This document shows positions 29,211 through 38,886 of a stretch of 64,000 nt of DNA, in pieces. The position numbers and the translations under genes are program-made. Position 1 is the stretch's first letter, and each line of letters opens with the position of its first letter. The notes beneath the pieces are model-generated. The model was not told where the DNA came from. It saw only the letters and a list, made by a program, of their open reading frames with translations, and made no database searches. The DNA lies in the NCBI GenBank assembly GCA_900318375.1, contig ONKG01000006.1:311-64310 (forward strand), given 5' to 3'. This DNA is from an uncultured Lachnospiraceae bacterium. GTDB taxonomy: Bacteria; Bacillota; Clostridia; Lachnospirales; Lachnospiraceae.

Positions 29211-30668
29211 TTATTCCGCGCCCTCGTGTTTGAGAACGACAGATACCGTCTTGAGAAGAATCTGGAAATCCAGTTCCGGACTCCAGTTCTGTATATATTC
29301 GCGGTCGAGGCGTACGACTTCTTCGAAATCGGTGATCTCGCTGCGGCCGCTGATCTGCCAGAGGCCCGTTATGCCCGGCTTGATACTCATGCGCACGCGA
29401 TGGTGGAGATCATATTTTTCCCACTCGTCCAGAGTCGGGGGACGTGTGCCTACAAGGCTCATCTCACCCTTGAGGACATTCCAGAACTGAGGGAATTCGT
29501 CCAGGGATGTGCGGCGGATGAAATTGCCGATCCCTTTGGGCTTTCCGTTCTTGTCCTTTTTCTCACTGCCGATGATACGGGGATCGTCGTCCATCTTGAA
29601 CATCATGCCGTCCTGGACCTTGTTCTGGGCCATGAGGGCTTTCTTGCGCTCCTCCGCGTCCATGTACATGCTCCGGAACTTATACATTTTGAACTGCTTT
29701 CCGTTCTTGCCGATTCTCTTCTGCGTAAAGAAGATCGGTCCCGGGGATTTGATGTAGATCATCGGAGCGATAAAGATAAAGATGATTCCGGTGAGGATAC
29801 ATCCGACAATACCGCCGGCTATATCCATGCAGCGCTTGAAAGCCAGCTCCCGGATCGATACGATGCGCAGGCTGTTGGTCAGCACCTTGTAGTTGCCGAT
29901 CTTCTCGACTTCCTGTGTCCCCATGCGGCTGTCGTTGAGGGCGGAGATGCAGTAATGCACCGTGATACCCATATTGAGGAGGTTATCCACCATATCCACG
30001 GGATAGGGCAGGTTGTCGGGCTGATACAAAAAGACCTCGTCCACCCAGTGCCGTCCGATATAAAAGAGGATGTTCTCTCCTCTTCCCAGGACCGGAATCC
30101 CGTTCAGATCCTTTTCGTCGGCGGAAGCCTGATCCATCAGGATGATTCCCGAGATGAAATAGTCGTGAAAAGAGTTATCGGAAAGGTTCTGGATCACCTC
30201 GTCCATCAGATGGCTGGAGGTGATCACCATGAGCGATCTCTGTCCCTTTTTGTCCTTGCGGGTACCCAGGACCCTCTTTTTATTTGCCATACGGACAAAG
30301 AAGGAAACAAAGAAAAACATCACTGCGGTCAGACCTGTCAGCAGTCGCGAGATCATGTAGATCTGGTGGACCGAAAACAGATAGACCAGGTTCAGCAGCT
30401 CAACCGTGGCGATATAGCGGAAAGTGCAGACCAGCTCTGTCCATGTACTTCGCCGGAGCACATTTTTGTAACTCTCGGAAAAAAGAACGACGATCAGCTG
30501 GCAGAACAGATAAACGATACCCTGATAGCGGTACAAGACGATTCTGTAGGGATTGGAAATTCCTCGCAGGATGCAGTAGCTCGCCACATAACACAGCTGA
30601 AATACAATCAGATCCAGGACCATGAAATCAAAATGTTTCAGCCATCCTGTTTTTTCTTTTTTATACAT
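29211..30668 (-). CDS. Polyprenyl glycosylphosphotransferase (WcaJ/CpsE-like sugar transferase)
   Basis: KRCMDI, FKMYKFRSM, RRTSLDEFPQFWNVLKGEMSLVGTRP, KPGITGLWQ. Confidence 0.93.
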   Translation of the reverse strand: MYKKEKTGWLKHFDFMVLDLIVFQLCYVASYCILRGISNPYRIVLYRYQGIVYLFCQLIVVLFSESYKNVLRRSTWTELVCTFRYIATVELLNLVYLFSVHQIYMISRLLTGLTAVMFFFVSFFVRMANKKRVLGTRKDKKGQRSLMVITSSHLMDEVIQNLSDNSFHDYFISGIILMDQASADEKDLNGIPVLGRGENILFYIGRHWVDEVFLYQPDNLPYPVDMVDNLLNMGITVHYCISALNDSRMGTQEVEKIGNYKVLTNSLRIVSIRELAFKRCMDIAGGIVGCILTGIIFIFIAPMIYIKSPGPIFFTQKRIGKNGKQFKMYKFRSMYMDAEERKKALMAQNKVQDGMMFKMDDDPRIIGSEKKDKNGKPKGIGNFIRRTSLDEFPQFWNVLKGEMSLVGTRPPTLDEWEKYDLHHRVRMSIKPGITGLWQISGRSEITDFEEVVRLDREYIQNWSPELDFQILLKTVSVVLKHEGAE

Positions 30669-30788
30669 ACGAAGACTCCCTGGCGGAGGATTGAGATTTC
30701 CGAAAATGATTTACATCTGTGATCATGTACTTCTGTTCACAAAATGTACTTCTGTTCATGTTCACAAAATGTTTGAAACCCTTTCGGA

Positions 30789-32627
30789 TTATTCCACCGT
30801 CACGCTCTTTGCAAGGTTTCTGGGCTTATCGACATCCAGTCCCTTGGCGACACTGATATAGTAGGCCATAAGCTGAAGCGGGATGATCGCCAGACTGTTA
30901 GCAAAGTGAGGATCTGTACGGGGTACATATACGGTGAAATTCGCAGTATCTTCGACACTGTAGTTTCCGTAAGAGGTAAGACCCATGAGGTAAGCGCCGC
31001 GGCTCTTGACTTCGACCATGTTGCTGATGGTCTTCTCGAAGAGATCGGGCTGTGTGAGGGAGCCGACCACGAGGGTTCCGTCCTCGATCAGGCTGATGGT
31101 TCCGTGCTTGAGTTCGCCGGCCGCATAGGCCTCGGAATGTACGTAGCTGATCTCCTTCATCTTCAGACTGCCCTCGAGGCAGATGGCATAGTCTACGCCG
31201 CGGCCGATGAAGAAGACATCGTGGGCATTGGAGAACTTGGATGCAAACCACTGGATCCTCTCCTGTTCCTCCAAAAGACCTTCGATCTGTCTGGGAAGCT
31301 TCTGGATGTCGGCAATGAACTTCTGATACTGGTCCTCGTCGATATTGCCGCGCACTCTTCCGAGCTCAATACCGAGCAGGTAACCTGCCACCAGCTGGGT
31401 GGAATAGGCCTTGGTCGTAGCGACGGCGATCTCGGGTCCTGCCAGGGTATAGAGGACATTATCAGCCTCTCTGGCGATCGAAGAACCGATGACGTTGACG
31501 ATGCCCAGGGTCTTGGCACCCAGTTCCTTGGCTTCGCGCAGGGCGGCCAGGGAGTCCGCTGTCTCGCCGGACTGGCTGATGACGATAACCAGTGTATTAT
31601 CGCTCAGTATCGGCTTTCTATAGCGGAATTCGCTTCCCAGCTCCACGCGGACGGGAATGCGGGTGAGATCCTCGATCACATACTGCAGGGTAATGCCGAC
31701 GTGGTAGGCGCTGCCGCAGGCGACGATATTAATATCGCGGAGATTGCGGATCTCCTCTTCGGTCAGGGAGATTCCCTCCAGGCTGACCTTTCCGTCCTTG
31801 ATGATGGCATTGATGGTATCCTGTACAGCCTTGGGCTGCTCATGGATCTCCTTCATCATGAAGTGCTCGAATCCGCCCTTCTCGGCGGCTTCCGCATCCC
31901 ACTTGATCTCGGTCAGTTCCTTCTGGATCTCTTCCTGGTCCAGATTGTAGAACTTTGCGCATCCCGCGCCGAGTCTGCCAATCTCGTTGTTGCCGATATA
32001 ATAGACATTTCTGGTGTAGCGCAGGATTGCGGGAACATCGGAGGCAATATAGGTCTCGCCTTCCTCGACGCCGATGATCATGGGGCTGTCCTTGCGGGCG
32101 ACAAAGATCTCGTCGGGATACTCTTTGAACATGATGGCCAGAGCGTAGGAGCCGCGGACGCGGACCATGGTGCGCACGATCGCATCAATGGGACCCATGT
32201 TGTATTTTTTCAGATAATAGTCGACCATCTTGATCGCAACTTCGGTATCTGTCTCTGAATGGAAAGAATAACCCTTGCGGACCAGCTTTTCGCGAAGTTC
32301 TTTATAATTGTCAATAATTCCGTTGTGAACACCGATAATGGAACGGTCATCGGTGCAATGCGGGTGCGCATTGTCCTCGGAGGGCTCACCGTGGGTAGCC
32401 CAGCGGGTGTGTCCGATACCGCATGATCCGATCATGGTCTCGCCGTTGTTGGTCTTTTCGGACAAAATCTTCAGACGTCCTTTTGCCTTGACGATCTCGG
32501 GTTCGGCACTGCCGTCCCGGACGGCAAGCCCTGCAGAATCATATCCTCTGTATTCCAGCTTTGAAAGACCGTCCAGAAGGATCGGAGCAGCCTGCTGTTT
32601 TCCAATATATCCGACAATTCCACACAT
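30789..32627 (-). CDS. glmS: Glutamine--fructose-6-phosphate transaminase
   Basis: MCGIVG, LEYRGYDSAG, GHTRWATHG, SQSGETAD, DKPRNLAKSVTVE. Confidence 0.98.
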   Translation of the reverse strand: MCGIVGYIGKQQAAPILLDGLSKLEYRGYDSAGLAVRDGSAEPEIVKAKGRLKILSEKTNNGETMIGSCGIGHTRWATHGEPSEDNAHPHCTDDRSIIGVHNGIIDNYKELREKLVRKGYSFHSETDTEVAIKMVDYYLKKYNMGPIDAIVRTMVRVRGSYALAIMFKEYPDEIFVARKDSPMIIGVEEGETYIASDVPAILRYTRNVYYIGNNEIGRLGAGCAKFYNLDQEEIQKELTEIKWDAEAAEKGGFEHFMMKEIHEQPKAVQDTINAIIKDGKVSLEGISLTEEEIRNLRDINIVACGSAYHVGITLQYVIEDLTRIPVRVELGSEFRYRKPILSDNTLVIVISQSGETADSLAALREAKELGAKTLGIVNVIGSSIAREADNVLYTLAGPEIAVATTKAYSTQLVAGYLLGIELGRVRGNIDEDQYQKFIADIQKLPRQIEGLLEEQERIQWFASKFSNAHDVFFIGRGVDYAICLEGSLKMKEISYVHSEAYAAGELKHGTISLIEDGTLVVGSLTQPDLFEKTISNMVEVKSRGAYLMGLTSYGNYSVEDTANFTVYVPRTDPHFANSLAIIPLQLMAYYISVAKGLDVDKPRNLAKSVTVE

Positions 32628-32681
32628 ATATTTCTTCTCCTATCACATAAAACTAGAATGAGCAGATCCGTACGTCATAAC

Positions 32682-33713
32682 TCAGCTGAAACTGAAAATA
32701 CGCTGGGCAAGAAGGTATAAGGCGACCACAGCCCTGCGGGGAAGATGTCTGTTGACATTCATGGCCCTGCCGAGTATACGCCTGCGCATCTTTTTCCAGA
32801 GCGCTTCATCCCTGTTCCGCAGATATTCCCAGGTCTCATCGCGCAGCTGCAGATGCTCCGGAGCCCCCGAGCGCAGGCACAGCACCGAGGTGACCGTGGT
32901 GATGATCTCCAGGTAGTTGAACATATACTGCCTTAAAGTTTTGCGGTCTCCGATCATCTCCTGACAAGCCGGGTCAGTGAAATGGTCGATCATGATGCGG
33001 TTGACACGGGCCTGCTGGTCCAGTCTCCTGATCATGACGTCCTCGTGGACCGACTGATCCTCACGGCCGATGAAATAGTAATAGAAATTGACATCCAGAT
33101 AGTACATCCGCTCTACGTAGGGCAGCGGATTGAAAACGTAGATGTTATCGACGTAGAAAGTGTGCTCCGGGAGCTTCAGTCCGCTGTCGCGCAGCATCTG
33201 CGTGCGGAAGATCACCGAGTGCATCAGGATGTATTTTCCGACAGGGAAGCGATTTGCCTCGTCCCAGGAAAAAACACGTCCTGCGGGCAGGCAGCGTCTG
33301 TATTCCATGACACTGTGCCGGTTCTGGTCTTCCTTGTTGTAGACGAAATTGCTGATGAGCATATCCAGAGCGGGCTCATCACCGGAAAAACGGCGGAGAA
33401 CATCGAGGATACTCTTGTAGGCGCTGGCGCGCACCTTGTCGTCACTGTCGACGACTTTAAAATACAGGCCCGCCGCGTTTTCAAGTCCTGTATTGACCGC
33501 TCCTCCGTGTCCTTTGTTGGGCTGATGGATTGCCCGGATGATCCCCGGGTGCTCCGCCTCGAGGCGGTCGGCGATCTTCGCAGTCCCGTCACTGGAACCG
33601 TCATCTACGATCAGAATCTCCACTTCCTCTCCTCCGACGAGAAGCGAGCGGATACAGTTCTCCATATATCCTTCGGAATTATAGCAGGGAACGGCAATTG
33701 ATAACAGTTTCAT
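32682..33713 (-). CDS. Glycosyltransferase family 2
   Basis: LSIAVPCYNS, IVDDGSSD, NKGHGGAVN, VVDSDD; start moved to ATG 33713 after GGAGG. Confidence 0.92.
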   Translation of the reverse strand: MKLLSIAVPCYNSEGYMENCIRSLLVGGEEVEILIVDDGSSDGTAKIADRLEAEHPGIIRAIHQPNKGHGGAVNTGLENAAGLYFKVVDSDDKVRASAYKSILDVLRRFSGDEPALDMLISNFVYNKEDQNRHSVMEYRRCLPAGRVFSWDEANRFPVGKYILMHSVIFRTQMLRDSGLKLPEHTFYVDNIYVFNPLPYVERMYYLDVNFYYYFIGREDQSVHEDVMIRRLDQQARVNRIMIDHFTDPACQEMIGDRKTLRQYMFNYLEIITTVTSVLCLRSGAPEHLQLRDETWEYLRNRDEALWKKMRRRILGRAMNVNRHLPRRAVVALYLLAQRIFSFS

Positions 33714-33899
33714 TATATAAGTAAGCCTCCTGTGTAAGGCAGTGGGCTGCTGTACTGACCCGCCGGAAACATGAGGGGGTATGCGCAGTGACAGCAATGT
33801 TGTTTACTGAACTCTGTGATGTTTTACCTGAACACAGATAGAATATTTTACCACAAAACAATCGTCTTGTACCATATTCAGAAAAATTTCATACACAAT

Positions 33900-34091
33900 C
33901 GCAAAACGGAAAGCATGCCGGCAGTTGAAACCGCAAAGCAGAAAGCAGACCGGCAGCAGAAAGCGCAAAGCGAAAAGCAGGCCGGCAGCAGAAACCGCAA
34001 AGCGGAAAAGCAGGCCGGCAGCAGAAACCGCAAAGCGGAAAGCAGGCCGGCAGCAGAAACCGCAGAACAGAAAGCAGGTCGGTAACCGCAG
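33900..34091. repeat. Tandem repeat, about 32-bp unit x5-6
   Basis: CGCAAAGCGGAAAGCAGGCCGGCAGCAGAAAC with small variations; no spacers. Confidence 0.9.
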
Positions 34092-34101
34092 ATCATATCT
34101 C

Positions 34102-35166
34102 TCAAACCGGAAAAAACGAAGAATAGGCGCTGGGCAGGGCATATTTTTCCTGCAGGTCGCGGATCGGCGCTGTAAAGCATCTCCCGCGGGGGGCATCAGC
34201 CCCGGAAAAACTGCCAATCCTGATCTCATAGCCGTGCATATGCCACTCTTTGTGGGTGAAAATATGCCTTGCATGGGGGAGAGAGCGGATGTGAAGCGGA
34301 TCACAGCCGTACTCCCTGGCCTTTCGGACAGCTTCTTCCTCACTGAGCCACCCGCTCTCATTTGGAAACTCGTACAGGCCTGCCAGAAGGCCTCTGTCAG
34401 GCCGTCTGCGCAGCAGGATCCTGTCGTCATCGCGGATGACGAGAATTGTGCGCTTTTCGATCCCGCGCGCCTTTTTTGCCGGCATGACAGGCAGCTGCGC
34501 CGCCCTGTCCACGGCTGCGGCGCGGCAGTACTGACGCAGGGGGCATTCCCCGCAGGCAGGGGCACCGCCGGGTGTGCAGATCCCCGCCCCCAGGTCCATC
34601 AGTGCCTGGTTGAAATCGCCCGCAGAGTCCGCGGGCATCTGCTCCAGAAAAAAGGCTCCCGCCGCTGCAGCGGCAGCAGGTGTCCTGATCTCCTCCGCAT
34701 AGAGGGTGAGTCTTGCGAACACCCGCAGCAGGTTCCCGTCAATGGCAGGGATCCTCTCCCCGAAGGCGATCGAGGCAATCGCCGCGGCGGTATAGGGCCC
34801 GATGCCGGGAAGTTTTTTCAGCTCTTTTGCGCTTTTGGGCATTTCCCCTTTATATTCATTCACAAGAATACGGGCAGCCTTCTGCAGGTTTCTCGCCCTG
34901 CTGTAATAGCCAAGTCCCTCCCACAGCTTCAGGCAGGTGTCTTCATCCGCCTCTGCCAGGGCGCAAAGATCCGGGAACCGCTCCAGGAAACGGGCATAAT
35001 ATCCCTTTACTGCTTCGACACGGGTCTGCTGCAGCATGATCTCGGAGATCCAGACATGGTAAGCGGAAGGATCGTCCCGCCAGGGCAGGCTGCGGCGGTT
35101 CTCCCTGTACCATGCAAGGAGCGGTCCGCTGATCCCCGGAAGGCTGTTTTTTTCTTTTATCTCCAC
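34102..35166 (-). CDS. mutY: A/G-specific adenine glycosylase
   Basis: LPWR, WISEIMLQQT, WEGLGYYSRARNL, LPGIGPYTA, C-x6-C-x2-C-x5-C Fe-S motif. Confidence 0.95.
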   Translation of the reverse strand: MEIKEKNSLPGISGPLLAWYRENRRSLPWRDDPSAYHVWISEIMLQQTRVEAVKGYYARFLERFPDLCALAEADEDTCLKLWEGLGYYSRARNLQKAARILVNEYKGEMPKSAKELKKLPGIGPYTAAAIASIAFGERIPAIDGNLLRVFARLTLYAEEIRTPAAAAAAGAFFLEQMPADSAGDFNQALMDLGAGICTPGGAPACGECPLRQYCRAAAVDRAAQLPVMPAKKARGIEKRTILVIRDDDRILLRRRPDRGLLAGLYEFPNESGWLSEEEAVRKAREYGCDPLHIRSLPHARHIFTHKEWHMHGYEIRIGSFSGADAPRGRCFTAPIRDLQEKYALPSAYSSFFPV

Positions 35167-35341
35167 AATGAAATCTCCTTCCCCGGGATTTTTGGAGGTG
35201 ATCCGGCTTGCCGCCGCACAGCACTGACCGCATCATTGCCGGCCGGAAACGAAAGCGGCGCCCACAGAGAAAGGTGCCTGCCCGGTGTTTACCGGGAAGG
35301 CACCTTCCTGCAGAATTACTTCTGAACAATTCTTTCATTGA

Positions 35342-36688
35342 TCAGACCAGGTGGCCCTTGTCTTTGATGACATCGATGACAGAATCCACGAGTTTCTCGC
35401 AGGTATCATCGGAGCCTGCCTCGACCATGACGCGGATGACGGGCTCGGTACCGCTCTCGCGGACCAGGATGCGTCCATCGTCTCCGAGATCCTCGGCAAC
35501 TTTCTGAACCTGTGCCTGGACATCGGGATCATTCTGTGCGTCGGGTTTGGACTTGACGCGGACATTCTTGAGCACCTGGGGATAGAATACGACAGGTGCC
35601 GCAAGCTCACTCAGGGGTTTGTCCTTGGCCAGCATGACTTCCATCATCTTGAGGGAGGTCAGAATGCCGTCGCCGGTGGTTGCGTACTTGGTGAAAATGA
35701 TATGGCCGCTCTGCTCGCCGCCGATGCGGTGGCCGTTCTGAACCATATTTTCATAGACATATTTGTCACCGACTTTGGTCTTCTCATAGTCGATCCCGAC
35801 CTTGTCAAGTGCCTTGTAGAGTCCGAAATTGCTCATGACGGTGGTCACGACAGTATTGTTGATCAGTTTGTCGCGCTCCTTCATGTACAGGCCGTAGATA
35901 TAGAGGATGTGGTCGCCGGTGACGACGTTGCCCTTTTCGTCTACGCAGAGGCAGCGGTCAGCGTCTCCGTCGTAGGCAAAGCCGACATCGAGGCCGTTGT
36001 CCACAACAAACTTCTGCAGATGTTCGATATGGGTGCTGCCGCAGTCCGTGTTGATATTGTAGCCGTCAGGCTCCGCGTTCATCACATAGGTCTTGGCGCC
36101 GAGAGCATCGAAAACGCCCTTTGCGATCGACCAGGCAGCGCCGTTGGCGACGTCCAGTCCCACACGCTTGTTCTTGAAGCTGAACTTGGACATGGAGATG
36201 AGATATCCGATGTAGCGGTTGCGGCCGGCGACATAGTCGACGGTGCGGCCGATATCGTGACCGCTGGCGACAGGAATCTCGATCTTGCCGTCGATATAAT
36301 CCTCGACCTGGAGGATGGTCTCCTCATCCATCTTCTCGCCATTGGTGTTGAGAAGCTTGATCCCGTTGTCGTAGTAGGGATTGTGGGAGGCGGAAATCAT
36401 GATTCCGCAGTCAAAATCATCGACACGGGTAATATAGGCGACGGAAGGAGTTGTCGTCACGTGCATGATGTAGGCATCAGCACCGGAAGCCATCAGGCCG
36501 GTGCAGAGCGCATACTCAAACATGTAGCTGCTGCGCCTGGTGTCCTTGCCGATGACGACCTTTGCCTTCTTGCCGACACGAGCTCCGTAATACCAGCCCA
36601 GAAAACGGCCGATCTGAATCGCGTGCTCAAATGTAAGTACTTTATTGGCTTCGCCGCGGAAGCCGTCTGTTCCGAAATATTTGCCCAT
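35342..36688 (-). CDS. glmM: Phosphoglucosamine mutase
   Basis: YFGTDGFRG, ISASHNP, DGDADR, GGEQSGH, RESGTEPVIRVMVE. Confidence 0.96.
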   Translation of the reverse strand: MGKYFGTDGFRGEANKVLTFEHAIQIGRFLGWYYGARVGKKAKVVIGKDTRRSSYMFEYALCTGLMASGADAYIMHVTTTPSVAYITRVDDFDCGIMISASHNPYYDNGIKLLNTNGEKMDEETILQVEDYIDGKIEIPVASGHDIGRTVDYVAGRNRYIGYLISMSKFSFKNKRVGLDVANGAAWSIAKGVFDALGAKTYVMNAEPDGYNINTDCGSTHIEHLQKFVVDNGLDVGFAYDGDADRCLCVDEKGNVVTGDHILYIYGLYMKERDKLINNTVVTTVMSNFGLYKALDKVGIDYEKTKVGDKYVYENMVQNGHRIGGEQSGHIIFTKYATTGDGILTSLKMMEVMLAKDKPLSELAAPVVFYPQVLKNVRVKSKPDAQNDPDVQAQVQKVAEDLGDDGRILVRESGTEPVIRVMVEAGSDDTCEKLVDSVIDVIKDKGHLV

Positions 36689-36728
36689 TTATACCTCCTG
36701 ACAATACGTAAACACGCATAGTCGCGGA

Positions 36729-37517
36729 TTACAGCCTCTGGCTCTTCTCGATATCCAGGAAATACTTGTAGGTGTCGACCTTCAGCTCGCCGCAGGCAGG
36801 CTCGTCGCAGGCGATGATCGCGTTTTTGTGCATCTGCAGAGCGCTGCAGGTGACCTTCGCGCTGACGGGTCCCTCAACAGTTGCAGCCAGAGCTGCAGCC
36901 TTGTTGTGGCCGTTGATGACAAGCAGGACTTCCTTTGCATCCGTGACAGTCTCGACGCCGACAGACAGAGCCTTCTCGGGAGTCTTGTCCACATCGTTGT
37001 CAAAGAAACGGGAATTGACAATGCGGGTATCTGTTGTCAGAACGCGGACGCCGGTCCTGGATGTCAGAGAAGTATAAGGCTCATTGAAGGCGATGTGGCC
37101 GTCCTGGCCGATGCCGCCCAGGAAGAGGTCGATGCCGCCGATGGCTGCGATCTTTGCCTCATACTGCGCGCACTCTTCTTCGGGATCTTCGCACATGCCG
37201 TTGAGGATGTTGACGTTCTCGGCGGGGATATCGACATGATCGAACAGATAGTAGTGCATGAAATACCAGTAGCTCTGATCGTGTTCGCGGGGCAGTCCCA
37301 GATACTCATCCATGTTGAAGGTCACGACGTTCTTGAAAGAAAGCTCGCCGGCTTTGTACATTTTAACAAGCTCATTATAAACACCGATGGGAGAAGATCC
37401 GGTTGCAAGACCGAGTACGAAAGGCCTTTCCTCCTTATGGGCTTTGATCTTGGATGCGATATACTCCGCTGCCCATTTACTCATCTTATCATAATTTTCC
37501 TGGATTACGACTCTCAT
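36729..37517 (-). CDS. nagB: Glucosamine-6-phosphate deaminase
   Basis: FVLGLATGSSP, TFNMDEY, GIGQDGHIAFNEP, SALQMH; catalytic residues look intact. Confidence 0.95.
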   Translation of the reverse strand: MRVVIQENYDKMSKWAAEYIASKIKAHKEERPFVLGLATGSSPIGVYNELVKMYKAGELSFKNVVTFNMDEYLGLPREHDQSYWYFMHYYLFDHVDIPAENVNILNGMCEDPEEECAQYEAKIAAIGGIDLFLGGIGQDGHIAFNEPYTSLTSRTGVRVLTTDTRIVNSRFFDNDVDKTPEKALSVGVETVTDAKEVLLVINGHNKAAALAATVEGPVSAKVTCSALQMHKNAIIACDEPACGELKVDTYKYFLDIEKSQRL

Positions 37518-37567
37518 GTTAATCTCCTTTTATTGTCTTCATAAATAATTCTGAATTGTCTGTATCT

Positions 37568-37712
37568 TCAGTGTGTCGGGAGAGGTTTTGTTACAGTTTT
37601 GATTCTGCTTTTTGTCCTCTCTCTGACGGCCCGCACTACAGCCGTGGCAGCATCCGCCGAATCTTTCGATCACTGCCAGACCTCGTCAGCCTGTCAAGGC
37701 CCTGGCGCTAAA
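37568..37712 (-). ncRNA. glmS ribozyme (GlcN6P-activated self-cleaving riboswitch)
   Basis: Minus strand: UAGCGCCAG-GGCC-uugaca-GGCU-GACGAGG-ucuGGCAG-UGAUCGAAAGAUUCGGCGGAUG-CUGCC-ACGGC...GCCGU...GAGAGG-ACAAAA...ACAAAA-CCUCUC. Contains the conserved AGCGCC, GACGAGG, AUCGA and UCGGCGGAUG core plus P3/P4. Predicted cleavage between 37709 (A-1) and 37708 (G+1). Confidence 0.92.
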
Positions 37713-37859
37713 AACTCCCTGTTTCCTCCTCCCGGAAGGGAATCTTTTTACTGAGCTGAATAACGTTATAATCGACATTTTATGCCCTTATTTCGTTATA
37801 TTCCACCTGATCATCCAGATGTACAGCTTATTAAATATATAGCAGTATCCTGAGATTTG

Positions 37860-38885
37860 TCAAGAACAGAGCCGGATGATGGTCATCTCGACCGCCAGTC
37901 CCGCATCCATCAGACCGCTCTTGTAGTCCTGGTCCGCCTGCAGACACAGCTGCAGGGAGCGGGTCAGGCGGCGGCCGTCGAGATTCCTGGCGATCGGCAG
38001 ATAATTCTTTTTGACGATCCAGGGGGAGAGACCGACACTCTTTGCGATCTCCGCTTCGGATTCTCTTGCCTCCTGGAGTTCCTTTACCTGCACCAGCCGG
38101 GAGAACTCCCTCTGCAAAAGGGTCAGGATGACCTGGGAAGGGGTCCGCAGACTGATCAGCTCCATATAGATTGCCAGTGCCTTGTCCTTCTGCCGGCGGG
38201 ACACCGCGCCGATCATCTCAAAGATACGGTCCTTGAGCCGGGGACTGCAGACAGCCTCGATGTCCGCGGCCGTCACGCTCTCCCTTCCCATACAGTAGGC
38301 GATGAGTTTCTCGGACTCGCTGACGATGTTCATCATGTCCTCACCCACTGTCTCCAGAAAGCGGTTCAGTGTCGGTCCGTCGATCATAAGGCCGGCTTTT
38401 TTGAACAGGCCCCCTGTCCATCGGCCCAGCATCTGGGGGGAAAGATCCTCGCAATTGAGCACAAAGCCGTTCTTCTGGATCGCCTTATAGAGCTTTTTCC
38501 GCTTGTCCGGACTCTCCTCCACAAATACCAGCGAAGCCGATTCCGGAATATCCGGAATAAAGGCCGCAAGCGCATCGGATTCCACACTTGCCTTCTTGGA
38601 AAAAAAGACAGAGTTCTCGAGCAGGATCACACGTCTGTCCGCGAAAAAGGGAAGAGTCTGGGCTTCGTCGATGACCTCTCTTGCCGTTACATCCATACCC
38701 GAATAGACAGAGACATTCATCTCATCCCCGTCTCCCAGAAGGGCTGCGCGCAGACGGTCACGATTCTGTATGCGCAGGTAGGCCTGCTCTCCGCACAGCA
38801 GATAGACCCTGTGGAAAACACCTTCCTTCAGTTCTTTATTGAACAGACTCTGCTGCTGAGCAAAATCATCCTTCTTTGCCGCCAT
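37860..38885 (-). CDS. holA: DNA polymerase III subunit delta
   Basis: VYLLCGEQAYL, AQTLPFFADRRVI, DKRKKLYK, ESEKLIAY, DQDYKSG. Confidence 0.92.
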   Translation of the reverse strand: MAAKKDDFAQQQSLFNKELKEGVFHRVYLLCGEQAYLRIQNRDRLRAALLGDGDEMNVSVYSGMDVTAREVIDEAQTLPFFADRRVILLENSVFFSKKASVESDALAAFIPDIPESASLVFVEESPDKRKKLYKAIQKNGFVLNCEDLSPQMLGRWTGGLFKKAGLMIDGPTLNRFLETVGEDMMNIVSESEKLIAYCMGRESVTAADIEAVCSPRLKDRIFEMIGAVSRRQKDKALAIYMELISLRTPSQVILTLLQREFSRLVQVKELQEARESEAEIAKSVGLSPWIVKKNYLPIARNLDGRRLTRSLQLCLQADQDYKSGLMDAGLAVEMTIIRLCS

Positions 38886-38886
38886 C

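Noticed and set aside
32628-32681. glmS ribozyme at its canonical position before glmS
   Set aside because: Only 54 nt, with no AGCGCC/GACGAGG core; the ribozyme is at 37568-37712.
33900-34091. 32-bp repeats as a CRISPR array or as real short ORFs (33816-34085, 33878-34180)
   Set aside because: No spacers; the ORFs are low-complexity translations of the repeat.
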